NCBI RefSeq assembly: GCF_001194135.2
Contig: NC_068992.1
Span: forward strand, 61,957,405-62,021,404
Length of the DNA: 64,000 nucleotides
Reading direction: 5' to 3'
From: Octopus bimaculoides
Taxonomy: Eukaryota
The translations under genes and the position numbers were made by a program. Positions 51,925-64,000 of this stretch are shown here, in pieces. Under the pieces are notes generated by a model. The model did not search any database and was not told the DNA's origin. It was given only the letters and a program-made list of their open reading frames with translations. Position 1 is the first letter of the stretch, and every line of letters starts with the position of its first letter.

Positions 51925-53136
51925 TAATAATTTCTGTTTTCCGCAACTTGTTGCTTTTTTACCATTTTAATAGAAAAGGAATTAGTATCCTTGGCTGTTT
52001 AAAGGGATTTCTAGACTGGTGAGAGAAAGGGAGAGAGGATGGTACCTTCAAATTGGTGACCTGGTCCGAATGCTTGCAACAGGATGAACCCCGCTAAAGT
52101 CACCCAGAGTGCAAAGCGGTGGTGTTAAAACGGGTGAAAGATTAAGTAGAACATGGTAGAATTTGGACTCTGAATCCAGAGCCGTAAGAATTATCACAAG
52201 TGAAGCGGCCTGAAGTTTTTATGGTTTCAACAATCTATCGCACCGGAATGGTACTTGTTTGGCGTTGACACCCACCCGTACCAAAAATTAAAAGAAAATA
52301 AAGTGAAATTCACTTCAATGGAATTAGAACAGAGAAGGATGCAAAGAGCTGGAACAAATACAACAGGGAATTAAGTCTGAAGGTACACCGGCTCGGTACT
52401 ACATTCTATTATCAAACTGGGAAAATAAGTGGTCTACCTTAGTGGGATTAGATATCAAAGTCCAGAGAGTCAGAATAAATATCGCGGTTCTTTGTTTTTC
52501 TTATCTTTTTTAGATTTTCTAACAACTTTGCCTGTTGCCGAAAATCTAAGGCTTTATACAATCTATTCCCCTAAATTTCTTAGCATTCAAAAGGTTTTCT
52601 AATAATTTTTCTCTGAATTTTCTAAAATACCGTCTTAATGTGGTTAAAATAATTTATTTTTTCAATAAGTTCTTTTCTTAAAATCAACAGCCGTTTTTCA
52701 TCAAAATTTTCATCTTTTCACCACTTTCAACCATTATCATTTTTCAAAATTATTTTTGAATGTTTTTTTCAGCATTCACACAAATTTTTTCAAAGAATAT
52801 TTTTTTATCAATCTTTCTAAAGTTTGCTTCCATATAAGGCATTCCTGGAATTTTCGTCCGTCCTTAAACGCCAATGCATACATTAAACAGTCGTTCTGTA
52901 ACCCTAAACTAACATAAAATGGCCATGAGTTAAATTCAAGCCACTCCTCACAAATAAATTTATATTCACCATTCGACCCTCTTTTTTTCTCATCAATTTC
53001 TTTTATTCTTTCCTTTAATCTTTCGCTTTTTCCCTTCTTTTCTCTTTTCCTTATTCTAAACCATTTCTTCAGCTTGAAAAATTTCAATCGTTCGTTCTGA
53101 AAAGATGAGAATGATCGAAATATGTATGTATGTGTG

Positions 53137-53173
<37 letters not shown>

Positions 53174-53386
53174 TTGTGTGTGTGTGTGTGTGTGTGTGAT
53201 TGTGTGTGTGTGTATTCATATATGTAGACATATATACATACGTACATACATATAAACGTACATATACATATCCATGTATGCAGGTATATATGTGTGCATG
53301 TGAGTGTGTGTCTGCCTCTCTGTATATCTATACATATGTGTGTATGCATGTATGCATGTATGCATGTATGTGTGTGTACGTGTGCA

Positions 53387-53422
<36 letters not shown>

Positions 53423-53773
53423 TATGTATGTATGTATTCATAAGCACTAGTGTGTGTTTGCTCACACGTGTATTGGCGGAAATACATATTTGATAGCTTC
53501 AACGTGTACAGTTTTTTTTTCTAAATATTTGTGCGCAAATATTTCCTGTAAATATATGTATCTGCCTTTATTTCTCAGTCTGTAGAGACTCTGTCTGAAC
53601 ATTAATTCATCACCAATTCCTCCTCTACGCAAGAATAAGTATACAAGCGGAACTTTGCCGTCCTATGCAGCTACATACAATAAAATCTATAGTAAACCAT
53701 GTTTACTTGCTTGTATGAAACTTGCATGTCCTACAAAAGCAATTTTATGTAAATGTTGTAATATAGTTTCATT

Positions 53774-53930
53774 GGCGCAGGTGTAGTTGTGTGGTAAGAT
53801 GTTTGCATTCCAATTCGTTGTTTTAAGGTTCAGTCCCGCTGCGTGGTAGCACGAGAATATATCTTCTATTTTAGCTACGAACCCGACCAAGAACGTTCTA
53901 GTGGATTTGGTAGAGTGAAAGAAGGCCGTC
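53774..53930 (+). mobile_element. SINE family C head half
   Basis: GGCGCAGGTGTAGTTGTGTGGTAAG..GGTTCAGTCCC..GTGGATTTGGTAGA. Confidence 0.75.
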
Positions 53931-54180
53931 ATTTCGGCTTTAATTATATAAAAATATATAAATTCATTTTTAGTTGTCTCAACTTACTTCCAGTTGTATA
54001 GCACATCTGCTGAAGTTTAAATATGATAATTCCAGCCGGAAACCGGAATCGGTTTATAAATTTTGACGAAAATAGCTAACTAACAAAATAAATGAAAAAG
54101 AACCGAGTTGACAGGATCTTACCGTGTTAATTTCGTCTTCCACTTTAGGTACCCGGCTACAATATATAATGCTGATTTTA

Positions 54181-54411
54181 GGCGGTGAGCAGGCAGAATC
54201 GTTAGCACGCCGGGCGAAATGCTTAGTGGTATTTCGTCTGTCTTTACGTTCTGAGTTCAAATTCCCCAGAGGTTGACTTTGCCTTTCATTCTTTCGGAGT
54301 CGATTAAATAAGTAGCAGTTACGCACTGGGGTCGATGTAATCGACTTAATCCCTTTGTATGTCCTTGTTTGTCCCCTCTATATTTAGCTCTTTGTGGGCA
54401 ATAAATAAATA
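54181..54411 (+). mobile_element. SINE family A1 with a perfect 20-bp TSD
   Basis: AATATATAATGCTGATTTTA at 54161-54180 and 54412-54431. Confidence 0.93.
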
Positions 54412-54431
54412 AATATATAATGCTGATTTTA

Positions 54432-54605
54432 AATTTTGGCAATTTGAAGGAGAGGGGATAATCGGTTACCTCGATCCCAATGCTCACATTGTGCTTATTT
54501 TATCGACCTCGAAAAGATGCATGGCAAAGTCTACCTCGGCGGAATTTGACCTCAGAACGCAAAGAGCCGCCAGAAATGCCTCTAAAACGTTTGGCCGTCG
54601 TGCTG
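54432..54605 (-). mobile_element. Older SINE family A (A3-type tail)
   Basis: TTATTTTATCGACCTCGAAAAGATG..CCTCGGCGGAATTTGACCTCAGAACG on plus. Confidence 0.8.
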
Positions 54606-55408
54606 CGAATATATTTGATAATACTATAGTATTACGAGGCAGCTTCATATGACATTAATATGACAAGTTGTTTTGTATTAAGAGAGCAAAATTTCAGCAT
54701 TATGACACTATGATGTATCTTAGAAGTATATTAGGTCATAAATATGATGTTACTATGATAATGCGCTATTATCATAGCATCGTCACCACTTCTATTACAA
54801 GAAGTAAATTACTGCCATTATCATCGACGCAGCAGCGCCGCCCGCCATTTCCACCACGACCACCACCACCACGACCACGACCACGACCACGACCACCACC
54901 ACGACCACGACCACCACGACGACGACCACCACCACCATCGTCATCATCATCATCATCATCATGTTCAAAGTTACAACATCAATAACAGCTTCAACAAGAC
55001 ACAAAACAAAATTATGCAAAGATCAATATATATTACACACACACACACAACTATCGACACTATATACATACATATGTATAAATATGTCTATGCACATAAG
55101 TATGTATGTGTACAGACACACACTTATACACACGCACACACACACACAAGCGCACACTCACACATACACACAAGCAATCGATTTCTTCAACACGGGAAAA
55201 GGTATGGAAATTTGAGGAAAAAAAGTGATCGAACATTAATTTTATCGATTCCAAATCATAATTGATTAAATTATTTCCGGGTATAACTTTTGATTATTAA
55301 CATATTTGGGGCGGGTGGGGTATTGTATGCAGGGAATTAAGGGGCTATTTTTGAAATGATGTTTATGAGTGTGTATATAGATGCAGGTGGTTTTACGTAT
55401 TTGCATAG

Positions 55409-55471
<63 letters not shown>

Positions 55472-55699
55472 TATGTGCATATACGTGTGTGTGTGCGCGC
55501 GCGCGCGGATATAAGTATCAAAATCTAAATGCATTTTTCAACAAGGGACACATCTGGTATTTTGTGCTTAGACACGTATGCACACACACACACATATATA
55601 GATCAAGCAAATAAGTAATATGAGATATAGGTTCGAGGAATCATGCGGCTACCACAGTATGCTCTTCTTACGGACTTAGTTACCAGCCTACATAGTAAT

Positions 55700-56058
55700 C
55701 ATATGTACATTTAAAGATCACCTCCCACCACTTCGGTCACGAATGACCAAAGGATTGCATCTAAAAAGTTCCTCTCTGAGGTACAAATCCGGGTAAGATT
55801 ATTTAATGGATAACCAGCAGTCTCTCATGCATACTTGTCTCCCCTCTCCACGCCACCGATGATGTTCAACGGAAAGGCAAAGGGGCCGATACAGCTTGGC
55901 ACCAGTGACGTCGCTACGCATTTCTATAGCTGAGTGAAATAAGCAACGTGAAATAAAGTGCCTTGCTCAAGAACACAACACAGCACAGTCAGGAAATCGG
56001 ATTCATATTCTCCCGATTGTATACCCGATGCTCTAACCATTGAGCTCTATACCTTCAC
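55700..56058 (-). mobile_element. SINE with B-type head/CORE and a different tail
   Basis: Head and core match family B (GTGCCTTGCTCAAGAACACAAC on plus); 55700-55900 unrelated to the standard B tail. Confidence 0.75.
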
Positions 56059-57549
56059 ACGCACATACACGCACATACACACATACACACTGACACGCAC
56101 ACACATGAAGGTATGCATATATGTATGTATATGCATACATTAATCTATTCATATATATCTGTAGTATGCTCATGTATGTCTAAGTATGTGCATGTGGTAT
56201 GTGCATGTGGTATGTGCATGTATGTCTAAGTATGAATTTGCACATGCACAAGGACATACAGACACATACATGCAAACTCATACACGCATGAGTAGTTTTT
56301 CAAACAGGAGGCAAAGAACTCAGTACGTACAGTAGAGGATGTAGGTTCGAGGAATCGTGCGGCTATCACAGTATGCTCCTCTGTGAAGGGGCGTAATTGG
56401 ATCAGGGGCCGAGACTTTTGTAACAAACTACATTTCTAAAACAGGCTTGAACCACTTATACCGCTTCACATCTTATAAATAGTATACATAAATAGATACA
56501 CACACACATACACACACATCGATCTGTCTATAAATATTTATGTATGTATATATGGATGTATAAATCTATGTCTATATATATATTTGAATCTATCTGTGTT
56601 CATAAATCTCCAAGCACAAACATTCGAAGATTACTTAGAGACACAGAGCATTTTATAAGAACCAGCTTAGACCCGCGTCTCCGATGCAAGAAACTATTAG
56701 AAGCTTCTATGTATATGTGTGTGTTTGTGTGTGTGTTTGTGTGTATTTGTGTGTGTGTGTGTGTGTGTGGGAGTGTGTGTGTGTGTGTGTGTCTGTCTGT
56801 CTGTGTGTGTGTGTATGTCTGTATATATNNNNNNNNNNNNNNNNNNNNNNNNNNNNNNNNNNNNNNNNNNNNNNNNNNNNNNNNNNNNNNNNNNNNNNNN
56901 NNNNNNNNNNNNNNNNNNNNNNNNNNNNNNNNNNNNNNNNNNNNNNNNNNNNNNNNNNNNNNNNNNNNNNNNNNNNNNNNNNNNNNNNNNNNNNNNNNNN
57001 NNNNNNNNNNNNNNNNNNNNNNNNNNNNNNNNNNNNNNNNNNNNNNNNNNNNNNNNNNNNNNNNNNNNNNNNNNNNNNNNNNNNNNNNNNNNNNNNNNNN
57101 NNNNNNNNNNNNNNNNNNNNNNNNNNNNNNNNNNNNNNNNNNNNNNNNNNNNNNNNNNNNNNNNNNNNNNNNNNNNNNNNNNNNNNNNNNNNNNNNNNNN
57201 NNNNNNNNNNNNNNNNNNNNNNNNNNNNNNNNNNNNNNNNNNNNNNNNNNNNNNNNNNNNNNNNNNNNNNNNNNNNNNNNNNNNNNNNNNNNNNNNNNNN
57301 NNNNNNNNNNNNNNNNNNNNNNNNNNNNNNNNNNNNNNNNNNNNNNNNNNNNNNNNNNNNNNNNNNNNNNNNNNNNNNNNNNNNNNNNNNNNNNNNNNNN
57401 NNNNNNNNNNNNNNNNNNNNNNNNNNNNNNNNNNNNNNNNNNNNNNNNNNNNNNNNNNNNNNNNNNNNNNNNNNNNNNNNNNNNNNNNNNNNNNNNNNNN
57501 NNNNNNNNNNNNNNNNNNNNNNNNNNNNNNNNNNNNNNNNNNNNNNNNN

Positions 57550-57587
<38 letters not shown>

Positions 57588-57854
57588 ATAAATTATTTAT
57601 GTATGTGTGTGTGTGTGTATAATATTGAGTATATTATAGAAAGTATGGGCTATTTACGGAGTGCTCGTAGAGAGCCAAGGCGAAATAATACATAGTAGAG
57701 GAAAATATTGATGTGAATGAATATATATGATTCAATTACATTAATTGAATACCTTCATTTATGCGTTCGGGAATTTGGTTGACTGCTTAGGATTTGCGTT
57801 TTCATTTTCCTCTACTTTGTATTATATATGTGTATATATTTATGTGTGTATCTG

Positions 57855-58030
57855 TGCTTGCCTCCCTGCCATTACTTGACAACTGATGTTGGTGTGTTCA
57901 TGTCCCCATAACTTTCCTGTTCGGCAAAAGAGACCGAAAGAATGTCCTGGGGTCGATTTCCTCGACTAAAACCCGGTGCTCCAGCATCGCCGCGGTCAAA
58001 CGACTGAAACAAGTGAAAGAATAAAAGAAT
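57855..58030 (+). mobile_element. SINE family C 3' half
   Basis: CTTGACAACTGATGTTGGTGTG..GGGGTCGATTT..GACTGAAACAAGTGAAAGAATAAAAGAAT. Confidence 0.85.
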
Positions 58031-58883
58031 ATGCACACAAGTTTGTTCATATATTCAAATATAGATGCACACCAAAAGAAATACACACATGCACACAATG
58101 CCCATACATACACAGTTATATATGGAATATCATATGCGTGCACGTATATATTAAAGGGAAATAAGTATTCACTTCGTAATGTTGTATCGATGAAGTTTGA
58201 ACAGAAATTTGGAAGCCATTATGATGTAAAATGAGTATAGTTTTAACGAAGCATTTTCTTTTCATTAAATTTTGCCCGCAAACTCTTTTTTAAGAATTCC
58301 TATGGAACACAGAAAAGAAATGGGAAAGAAAAAAACATACAGTGATGGCACAAAAATATCAAGTATTGTTAATCGAGACTTTAGGCTAAAATGGAAAACG
58401 TCAGATTTGTACTATTATGTAAATGTTTCACGCCGATCAGCCATTGCTGCGTTTACTCGCTTACACTTCATAGTTGTGTTTGTGAATCGTAGCAGATGCA
58501 TCCATGTTGTTTTTTGTCTTCACTTTTCATTTTACCACCCTGCAACAAAAGGACAATGCAAACAGCATATCGACTAAAATCCATTTTTTTTTCCGAAATA
58601 ATATTCCTCACAGATGTCCAGAGTAATCAGTCGTTCGGATATCTAATCACATATACACATTAGCTTATTATCATCCGGCTATATAAAAATCATACTGAAA
58701 AAATGCCGAAAATAAAGAAAAGAAGAAAAGAAAAATAGCTATGTGATGTTATTGTGAAGAAATTTGTGAATGAAGTTTCATAGAAATTAGGTTATAACAA
58801 TGCAGTTTGGATAAAGCAGACATTTAAAAAAAATATATTTTAATTAAATTTTAATTTCATATTGGGGAGCTTTTTAAAAGATT

Positions 58884-58939
<56 letters not shown>

Positions 58940-59430
58940 NNNNNNNNNNNNNNNNNNNNNNNNNNNNNNNNNNNNNNNNNNNNNNNNNNNNNNNNNNNNN
59001 NNNNNNNNNNNNNNNNNNNNNNNNNNNNNNNNNNNNNNNNNNNNNNNNNNNNNNNNNNNNNNNNNNNNNNNNNNNNNNNNNNNNNNNNNNNNNNNNNNNN
59101 NNNNNNNNNNNNNNNNNNNNNNNNNNNNNNNNNNNNNNNNNNNNNNNNNNNNNNNNNNNNNNNNNNNNNNNNNNNNNNNNNNNNNNNNNNNNNNNNNNNN
59201 NNNNNNNNNNNNNNNNNNNNNNNNNNNNNNNNNNNNNNNNNNNNNNNNNNNNNNNNNNNNNNNNNNNNNNNNNNNNNNNNNNNNNNNNNNNNNNNNNNNN
59301 NNNNNNNNNNNNNNNNNNNNNNNNNNNNNNNNNNNNNNNNNNNNNNNNNNNNNNNNNNNNNNNNNNNNNNNNNNNNNNNNNNNNNNNNNNNNNNNNNNNN
59401 NNNNNNNNNNNNNNNNNNNNNNNNNNNNNN

Positions 59431-59504
<74 letters not shown>

Positions 59505-60012
59505 TGTATGTGTAGGTGTGTGTATGCGTGCGCGCACACACACGCATACACAAACAAACGCATCGAAATTGTGATGGCTTTTGATCGATAGCTGATGAGG
59601 AACGAGCGTGTCTACTTCCTTTGTATGTTTTTCCCTTCTTCGCATGTTTCGTCGTCGACCTCATATGTCACATATACTCTCTCTCACACACACAAACACA
59701 TACACACACATGCACACACATGCACTATCATATATATAAATATATACTGTGTCCATATATCAATATTGAAATATATTCATGGTTAAATTTTAAAAAGTAC
59801 TTTTTCCCTTTTTTTAAAAAAAACTTTTGTTTATTTAGAAAAATATTAGCATTTATTGATAGGAAATGTTGATATTAAATATCATACACTATACAACAGT
59901 TCGAATATACACTTTCACACATGCATTCATACCAATCCACGCTTATATTACCACAAAAACACCCAATGTATATAAAAATACACCTGCGATTTCATTAAAA
60001 TGAACACAGACA

Positions 60013-60047
<35 letters not shown>

Positions 60048-60516
60048 CATACACACTCACATACAAACAACTCGAAATCGCACAGAAAAGCACGTACACA
60101 TATACGCATACACATCTCTTATAATATAACATATAAATATGCAATAACGAGGAAGCTTCTATAGAGTTACAGAAGATGCTAGAAAAAGCAACCAAACTTT
60201 ACCAAATTTCATGCTACGAATTCAATAATCTTAGATATACAACGTCTAAAAATAAGATGTGATGATGACGCCTGGAACATTTTTGATCTTAAGATTACTT
60301 GGTGACTGTTGACCTAAGGCTATAGAACAGCGGCAATGATAACGAAATCCTATATAGACACGTGCACATCTCCTTATGCATTACATAAGTATATACAGAT
60401 ATACACATTATGTATATACATATATACTGGTTGCGATTAGATTTCGAATAATGTCATCGCTTGACTTTTCGCTTAAACATAAGCAGTGCTGACGTAGCAC
60501 ATATACATACATACAT

Positions 60517-60899
60517 TGCCCTGCAGATATAAATATCTCTTTGAAAATCAAAGATAAATAGGATATCTATGTACAACTGCTTCGAAATCTCCAGCTTCTA
60601 TACTCAGATTATGAATTCATATTCATACCAATAATTATTGGGGCACTAGGTTTTGTTAGTAATTGCTTAAAGGAGAAGCTGGATAAACTGGGAATTTCAG
60701 AAAGAGAAATGGACCGGCTGATTCGTACATTACAAGTCCAGTCTGTGAGTGGAACAGTAAAAATATGCAAGACTTTTATTAAGTTCCAAATGTGAACTTG
60801 TCTGTGTTAACTACATCCCAAAGATGGAGCCTTGTATCTTTGTTGGAAACCGGCTCCCTCTTCTGTGGAAGATTTATAATGATTAAAAAATAGAAGACA
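60517..60899 (+). mobile_element. RLE-type LINE 3' fragment flanked by (CATA)n
   Basis: CPADINISLKIKDK*DIYVQLLRNLQLLYSDYEFIFIPIIIGALG...SGTVKICKTFIKFQM* (stop 60793-60795), then ~100-bp UTR. Confidence 0.88.
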
Positions 60900-60944
60900 C
60901 ATACATACATACATACATACATACATACATACATACATACATAC

Positions 60945-61048
60945 TTTGTTGATGTTGAAATTCCAATGAAGGAGCCTTGGATCTCGGTTAGAAACCGACT
61001 CTTCTATCTTTAGCAAGAAATCTTGAAATAAAACTGAATAATGACGAA
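60945..61048 (+). mobile_element. UTR-only 3' end of the same LINE family
   Basis: ATTCCAATGAAGGAGCCTTGGATCTCGGTTAGAAACCGACTC is homologous to 60815-60860. Confidence 0.8.
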
Positions 61049-61321
61049 CATATATACATGTATGCATGCATACATGCATACATACCTACATACATACATG
61101 CATACATACATACATACATACATTCATACATACCTACATACATACATACATACCTACATACATGCATGCATACATACATACATGCATGCATGCATACATA
61201 CATATATACATACATTCATACATACCTACATACATACACACATACCTACATACATACATACATGCATACATACATACATGCATACATACATACGTATACA
61301 TACATGCATGCATACATACAT

Positions 61322-61496
61322 AACTCGCACATTACAAATCCAATCTGTAAGTGGAAGTGTGAAAATATGCAAGACCTTTCTCAAGTTTAAAATATGACAC
61401 TGTTTTTCTTATCTACATTCCAATGATGGGACTTTCTTTGTTAGAAATCTGCTTCTTACTCGTATGAAGAATTTAAATGATTGAAACAGAAGGGAA
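61322..61496 (+). mobile_element. Third 3' end of the same LINE family
   Basis: TRTLQIQSVSGSVKICKTFLKFKI* plus homologous UTR, followed by CATACATAG. Confidence 0.85.
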
Positions 61497-61784
61497 CATA
61501 CATAGTACATACATAAGTACACAGGCGTATGTATGTATATCTACTTCACATAATGTCAACTTACAGGGGTACATACAAATACATTTCTCATAGCAAAAAA
61601 AAAAAAAAAAATAGACAGAAAAATAGACAGAACAGAGGAATATATACGCGTATGTTCCACTTGCTAGAAATAACAATTAGATATTCACTAAAATCACAAC
61701 ATAATGTCTTAAAATATAAACGAAACACAGAAGACCGTATTGAGGGATGTAGTCCAAGATACACTACGGCTTTATGATAGAGAT

Positions 61785-62109
61785 GGCACTCCATCAGTTA
61801 CGACGACGAGTGTTCTAGTTGATTCGGTAAATGGAACTGTCTGCTCGTGAAATTAACGTGCAAGTGGCTGAGCACTCCATAGACACGTGTACCCTTAACG
61901 TAGTTTCATTGGCGGTTCAGCGTGACACAGAATATGACATGGCTGGCTCTTTGAATTACAGGTACAACTCGTTTTTGCCAGTTGAGTGAAATAGAGCTAC
62001 GTGAAATAAAGTACCTTGCTCAAACACACAATGCATCGCTAAGAATTGAACCCTCCGATTTTACGATCGTGAACCGAATACCCTAACCACTAATCCACGT
62101 GCCTTCACC
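61785..62109 (-). mobile_element. SINE family B, full length
   Basis: Minus head GGTGAAGGCACGTGGATTAGTGG (A box)..GGTTCAATTC (B box); CORE-like centre; tail GTCGTAACTGATGGAGTGCC. Confidence 0.9.
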
Positions 62110-62444
62110 ATCTACATAATAACAGCTGATAAAAATGTTGGTTGGCTGCTTGATTTCTCGATCATATAGAGAGGGAGGAGCGAGTGTAAAAGAGAAACTG
62201 AGAGAGATAACTCAAGAGGTGCTGAATGAGTGAAGAAAAAAAGAATTATAGCGGCAGAGGAAGAGGTGGAGGAGATGGCAGAGGAGAGAGTAAATGACAG
62301 AGTACTTATGGGAGGATTTATATAAAAGAGAAAATTGTTTTATTTCATTATATTTTAAGGTAATTAATATTTTTCTCTTGAAAATTAATATTCATTTCAT
62401 CTTTTCGTATAAGCACCAAGAAATTCAATAATAGTTAAATTATG

Positions 62445-62595
62445 ATTAATATTGTATGTGTTAATATTAATTGATTATTTATTAATTATAATTAATATTG
62501 CATGTATTAATATTAATTAATTATTTATTAATTATAATTAACATTGTATGTATTAATAATAATGATTAATTATAATTAATATTGCATGCATTGCA
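62445..62595. repeat. AT-rich ~46-bp minisatellite, about 3 units
   Basis: ATTAATATTG(T/C)ATGT.TTAATATTAATT.ATTATTTATTAATTATA repeated. Confidence 0.85.
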
Positions 62596-62597
62596 TT

Positions 62598-62760
62598 AAC
62601 ATTGGTTTCAAATTTTGGCACAAGGCAGCAATTAGGGCGGGGGGCTAACTCGATTACATTAACGGGTGCTTATTTTATCGATCCCGAAAGAATGATAGAC
62701 GAAGACGACGCCGGTGGTATTTGAATTCAGAATGTTAAGACGGACGAAATGCCGCTAAGC
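62598..62760 (-). mobile_element. SINE family A (A3 tail), head truncated
   Basis: TTGGTTTCAAATTTTGGCACAAGG..TTTTATCGATCCCGAAAG..GACGAAATGCCGCTAAGC. Confidence 0.8.
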
Positions 62761-63164
62761 TGGCTGGGCTCGTTCTTTATTCTTTTTCCTAGACCATTTT
62801 TCTGTACATTCGACGAAGGACGATATCCGAAACGTTATACTTTTACTCCTTAACTTGTACTTTAAAACATTTTCCTTCTTTGAGCGTCAACCGAGTGATA
62901 ACAGATGTGAACAATACTTTTGGAGATGTTTTTTGTATTTAATTTTCTCTTTGTTACTGATTTGTTTTAAATATATTCCGTCCACAACAAGACACGACAG
63001 TGGATGCACTGTATCTGTCTTCTCGAGGTAGTTTTAACATTATTTGATTCTTGGCTATATCTAACACTCGGTCAAGAGCTCTGATCGGGGAATATTTTGT
63101 CCCACCAATGTCGAATAGCTTGCAAAAATGGCCAAGAAAAGACATTAAAATAATTATAACTTAT

Positions 63165-63365
63165 TTGTTTCAAGTTTTGACATAAGGCCAGCAGTTTTAA
63201 GGTTAATGGATAGTCAATTACAACGACCCCGGTACTTATTTTATCAACACAGAAAGAAAAAAGAACAAAATCGACCCTTGAACGAATTGATCTCAGAACG
63301 TAAAAAGCCGAAAGAATTACTGCTAACCACTCTGCCCGATGTGCTAAGGATCGGCGCCTTCCGCT
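63165..63365 (-). mobile_element. Degenerate SINE family A (A3 tail)
   Basis: GTTTCAAGTTTTGACATAAGGCCAGCA..GGTACTTATTTTATC..CTCAGAACGTAAA. Confidence 0.7.
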
Positions 63366-63495
63366 TATACATATGTATACAGATAGGGACACAGACACAC
63401 ACACGCATACGCGCACACACATATGTGGCATCTTTATATATTAATAGATTAATAAATAAATATATGTGCATATATGTTTATACATATCTACATAC

Positions 63496-63538
<43 letters not shown>

Positions 63539-63928
63539 GTACAACATGGCGCTCTCTTTCACACATAAAATGTATGTATGCATATGTGTATACATATATA
63601 TGTATATATAAACGTACATGTATACATATATATATATGTACACAAATTTACATCAATAACTCCTATTACCATGGCTATTTCACAAGAATCTATTAACAAC
63701 CAGAAATGACTTACTTTACCAAATATAGATAAATTAATATTAGAGCTACACATGCATGCACGGACACAAACCCACATACATGTACACATGCATACACACA
63801 TAAACACACAGACACACAATCACTCACACACACCACATCATTCATATACATACAAACATAAGCACACGCGGATAAAGCGCATACATGAACCCACTATACA
63901 TACATATATATATGTGTGTGTGTGTGTG

Positions 63929-63966
<38 letters not shown>

Positions 63967-64000
63967 GATACATACGTACATATATATATATATATATATA

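Noticed and set aside
52150-52420. Additional SINE A-like fragments
   Set aside because: Similarity too degraded to set boundaries by eye
59560-59670. CpG-rich island with short minus-strand ORFs
   Set aside because: No splice or homology support; the ORFs run into microsatellite and gap
62030-62109. tRNA genes (also at 544, 9108, 26350-26418, 53774, 54181)
   Set aside because: A/B boxes are present but there is no complete cloverleaf, and each continues into a SINE body

Overview
Repeat-saturated, AT-rich eukaryotic DNA from a gapped draft assembly; the N-runs almost always abut microsatellites. The SINE set, the dense (TA)n/(CA)n/(TCTA)n/(CATA)n/(TAA)n arrays and the Penelope and Dong/R4 fragments suggest a coleoid cephalopod (Octopus-like) genome; this is inferred from repeat content, not proven. 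No host protein-coding gene is recognisable, and nearly all ORFs in the supplied track are microsatellite or gap artefacts. Recognisable coding relics are transposon-derived: three Penelope-like GIY-YIG fragments, Dong/R4-type LINE fragments, a second RLE-type LINE family, a pogo-type DDE transposase and a Tc1/mariner N-terminus. Also present are three tRNA-headed SINE families (labelled A, B, C here), two MITEs and several minisatellites. Best leads: (1) an RLE-type LINE family whose 3' ends sit in (CATA)n arrays, stacked three in a row at 60.5-61.5 kb; (2) a head-to-tail SINE trimer joined at one fixed position and enclosed by a single 16-bp TSD, suggesting self-targeted polar array growth; (3) a Penelope element with an inverted copy of its own 3' end; (4) degenerate hammerhead-like motifs; (5) a paired RFX X-box plus YY1 motif cluster.
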